Assembly: GCA_963662315.1 (NCBI GenBank) | Contig: OY759353.1 | Coordinates: forward strand, 1,568,001 to 1,632,000 | Reading direction: 5' to 3' | From: Geopsychrobacteraceae bacterium | GTDB taxonomy: Bacteria; Desulfobacterota; Desulfuromonadia; Desulfuromonadales; Geopsychrobacteraceae | Length of the DNA stretch: 64,000 bases | In this document: positions 62,199 to 64,000 of the stretch, in pieces | Layout: each line of letters starts with the position of its first letter | Position numbering within the stretch: the stretch's first letter is position 1 | Made by a program: the position numbers and the translations under genes | Notes under the pieces: model-generated | What the model was told of the DNA's origin: nothing | Database searches by the model: none | The model's input: only the letters and a program-made list of their open reading frames with translations

Positions 62199-64000
62199 AT
62201 GAAATTTCGCACCAGACTGCTTATTCTGCTCCTGATTGTGGCCCTGGTTCCGCTGAGCGTCAGTTTTTTCGTGCAGCGGACCACAATTCTTCACTTTGGC
62301 AATAAGCTTGCCGAGGATACCCGATCGTTGTTGGGCAACAGTGCGGAAACCCTGCTCCACTCTCTGGTGGGTAACTATGGCCGGATTTTGAAACGTGACC
62401 GCACCATGGCGCTGCTGACCCTGCAGAGCCAGGCGCGGGCAGTTGAATATCAACTGGCTCTGCCCCTGCCGGAACATTCGGAAAAAATCTATTTCGCCGC
62501 AGATTATGACCATCGTGAAACCCAACCGGAAGACCTGCAGATATCCCAAAGTCACCTGCGTGAAGACGACAACGGCAAACTGACCCCCATCCCCATTTCA
62601 TTCTCACAACAGGTAATCTTTCTAGCTCGCGGAGCCGACCGCGAAAAACAGGCAGACTCTATAGCCCGGCTCAGTGCTATGGCCCGCGTATACCGCAATT
62701 TGCACAATATTCAACCAAACCTGTTCCTGTGGCAATATACAGCCCTGGATTCGGGCGTCCATTCCAGCTATCCGGGTAAAGGCGGCTACCCTGCTGAGTA
62801 TGACCCCCGTAAACGCGAGTGGTACCAGGCGGCGATTAACCATGAAGGTGTTTCTCAACGTATTTTAACTGACGTGACAACCGGAGCTCTCATTCTAACC
62901 CTGGCCATGCCGATTCATAACCCCAATGGCTCGGTGGCCGGAGTGACTGCTGTTGATATTGATTACCGTCAATTTTTTTCCGATTGGAAGATTCCTGCGG
63001 ATTGGGCAGATACGGCTCAAAGCATGGTTCTGATTTTTCATGACGAAACCGATAAACGCAGCACGACCCTTGAAGTTCTGCTGGAAAACAATAAAGAAAA
63101 TACCACGCACAATTGGCAAAAAAGTGTCAAACAGCGCTTTATTGACCTGAGTGATGACCGGTTTACAGCAATTTACCATGATTTAAGAAGCGGCAGATCC
63201 GGGGTCAAAAAAGTAGCGTTTGGGGGGCAGGAGACCCTCTGGGCCTACGGAAGCCGGGCTGGGAAAGAGCCGTTTCCGCTGGTCATCGTCCCTTACAACA
63301 GAATCCTTTCTGCGGCCCAGAATGCCGAGAAATACGTCAACAGCCAGATTGCCCAAAGCCTGACCATAAGTGCCCTTCTGACTGTCGTTGTCGTGCTTGG
63401 GGCTATTGTTGTCGCCCTGCTCAGAGCAGGCAAAGTCACCCGCCCGGTAATGCAGCTTTCCCAGGCCGCAGAACGCCTTGCTCAAGGAGATTTTTCCGCC
63501 AGAGTCCCAACAGGAAGCGGTGATGAAATTGACAATCTCGGGCGCATCTTTAACGATCTTGGTGTGCGCCTGGAGGAACGTGAACAGTTGAAACAGTCGC
63601 TGGCCCTGGCGAAAGAAATACAGCAGCATCTGTTGCCAGACAAAGCCCCCAACTGCCCCGGCTTTGACCTGATCGGCAGAAGCGTTTACTGTGATGAAAC
63701 AGGTGGAGACTATTATGACTTTATCAGGTCTGATGAAAGTGACAACCTGGGTGTGGTCGTCGGGGATGTCTCCGGTCACGGTATTGGTCCGGCACTGGTA
63801 ATGGCCACCGCCAGAGGTGCCGTCCACTCCCTGGCGGGCAACGGTGGCATGCCTCTTTCCAGACTGTTTCACAAATTGAACGGCTACCTGTGTCGTGGTA
63901 CCTCAGACTCTTCCTTTATGACCCTCTTCTATGGCAACCTTAATCATCAGCGTAGAACCCTTGAATGGCTTTCGGCCGGCCATGCGCCAGTGTTTCTGCT
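62199..64000 (+). CDS. Membrane sensor phosphatase: TM-dCache-TM-HAMP-SpoIIE/PP2C (truncated by the window end)
   Basis: Manual translation from MKFRTRLLILLL: YDPRKREWY (Cache), TRPVMQLSQAAERLAQGDF...DEIDNLG (HAMP), ETGGDYYDF and GDVSGHG (PP2C). Not in the ORF track. Confidence 0.9.
   Translation, partial: MKFRTRLLILLLIVALVPLSVSFFVQRTTILHFGNKLAEDTRSLLGNSAETLLHSLVGNYGRILKRDRTMALLTLQSQARAVEYQLALPLPEHSEKIYFAADYDHRETQPEDLQISQSHLREDDNGKLTPIPISFSQQVIFLARGADREKQADSIARLSAMARVYRNLHNIQPNLFLWQYTALDSGVHSSYPGKGGYPAEYDPRKREWYQAAINHEGVSQRILTDVTTGALILTLAMPIHNPNGSVAGVTAVDIDYRQFFSDWKIPADWADTAQSMVLIFHDETDKRSTTLEVLLENNKENTTHNWQKSVKQRFIDLSDDRFTAIYHDLRSGRSGVKKVAFGGQETLWAYGSRAGKEPFPLVIVPYNRILSAAQNAEKYVNSQIAQSLTISALLTVVVVLGAIVVALLRAGKVTRPVMQLSQAAERLAQGDFSARVPTGSGDEIDNLGRIFNDLGVRLEEREQLKQSLALAKEIQQHLLPDKAPNCPGFDLIGRSVYCDETGGDYYDFIRSDESDNLGVVVGDVSGHGIGPALVMATARGAVHSLAGNGGMPLSRLFHKLNGYLCRGTSDSSFMTLFYGNLNHQRRTLEWLSAGHAPVFL

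Overview
This 64 kb window is mostly core chromosome of a bacterium whose gene content and order (PASTA-bearing FtsI, thiE-thiD fusion, class III cytochrome after purE, PilZ-like protein) point to Desulfuromonadales/Desulfuromonadia; the taxonomy is inferred. In order, it contains: the end of a C4-dicarboxylate TRAP operon (dctPQM, dctM frameshifted); a GreA/B-like gene; an unannotated decayed ArsJ-type GAPDH pseudogene; a radical SAM gene; the dcw cluster (mraZ to ftsZ, without murB); a CorC/HlyC gene; ligA-acyP; potFGHI; a TIGR03790-like gene; a zinc-free DksA; the ffh-rpsP-khpA-rimM-trmD-rplS-rnhB-yraN-nadE-rsmI block; dciA; a tRNA methyltransferase; a tetraheme class III cytochrome; purHDE; alr; thiED-thiC; speD; ChaN-PDZ; EamA; fba and gap; an MBL hydrolase; rpsU; a THUMP methyltransferase; and a PilZ / J-domain / RdgC / Cache-HAMP-PP2C cluster. 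I saw no rRNA, tRNA, CRISPR array, IS or prophage. The most interesting signals are: (1) a J-domain co-chaperone with four tandem MshEN-like 24-residue motifs next to a PilZ protein, a candidate cyclic-dinucleotide-gated Hsp70 module; (2) a four-heme cytochrome in the ppcA position; (3) non-canonical GTGTCAA MraZ boxes; (4) the fossil arsenate-type gapdh. All family calls come from manual motif reading, not database searches.
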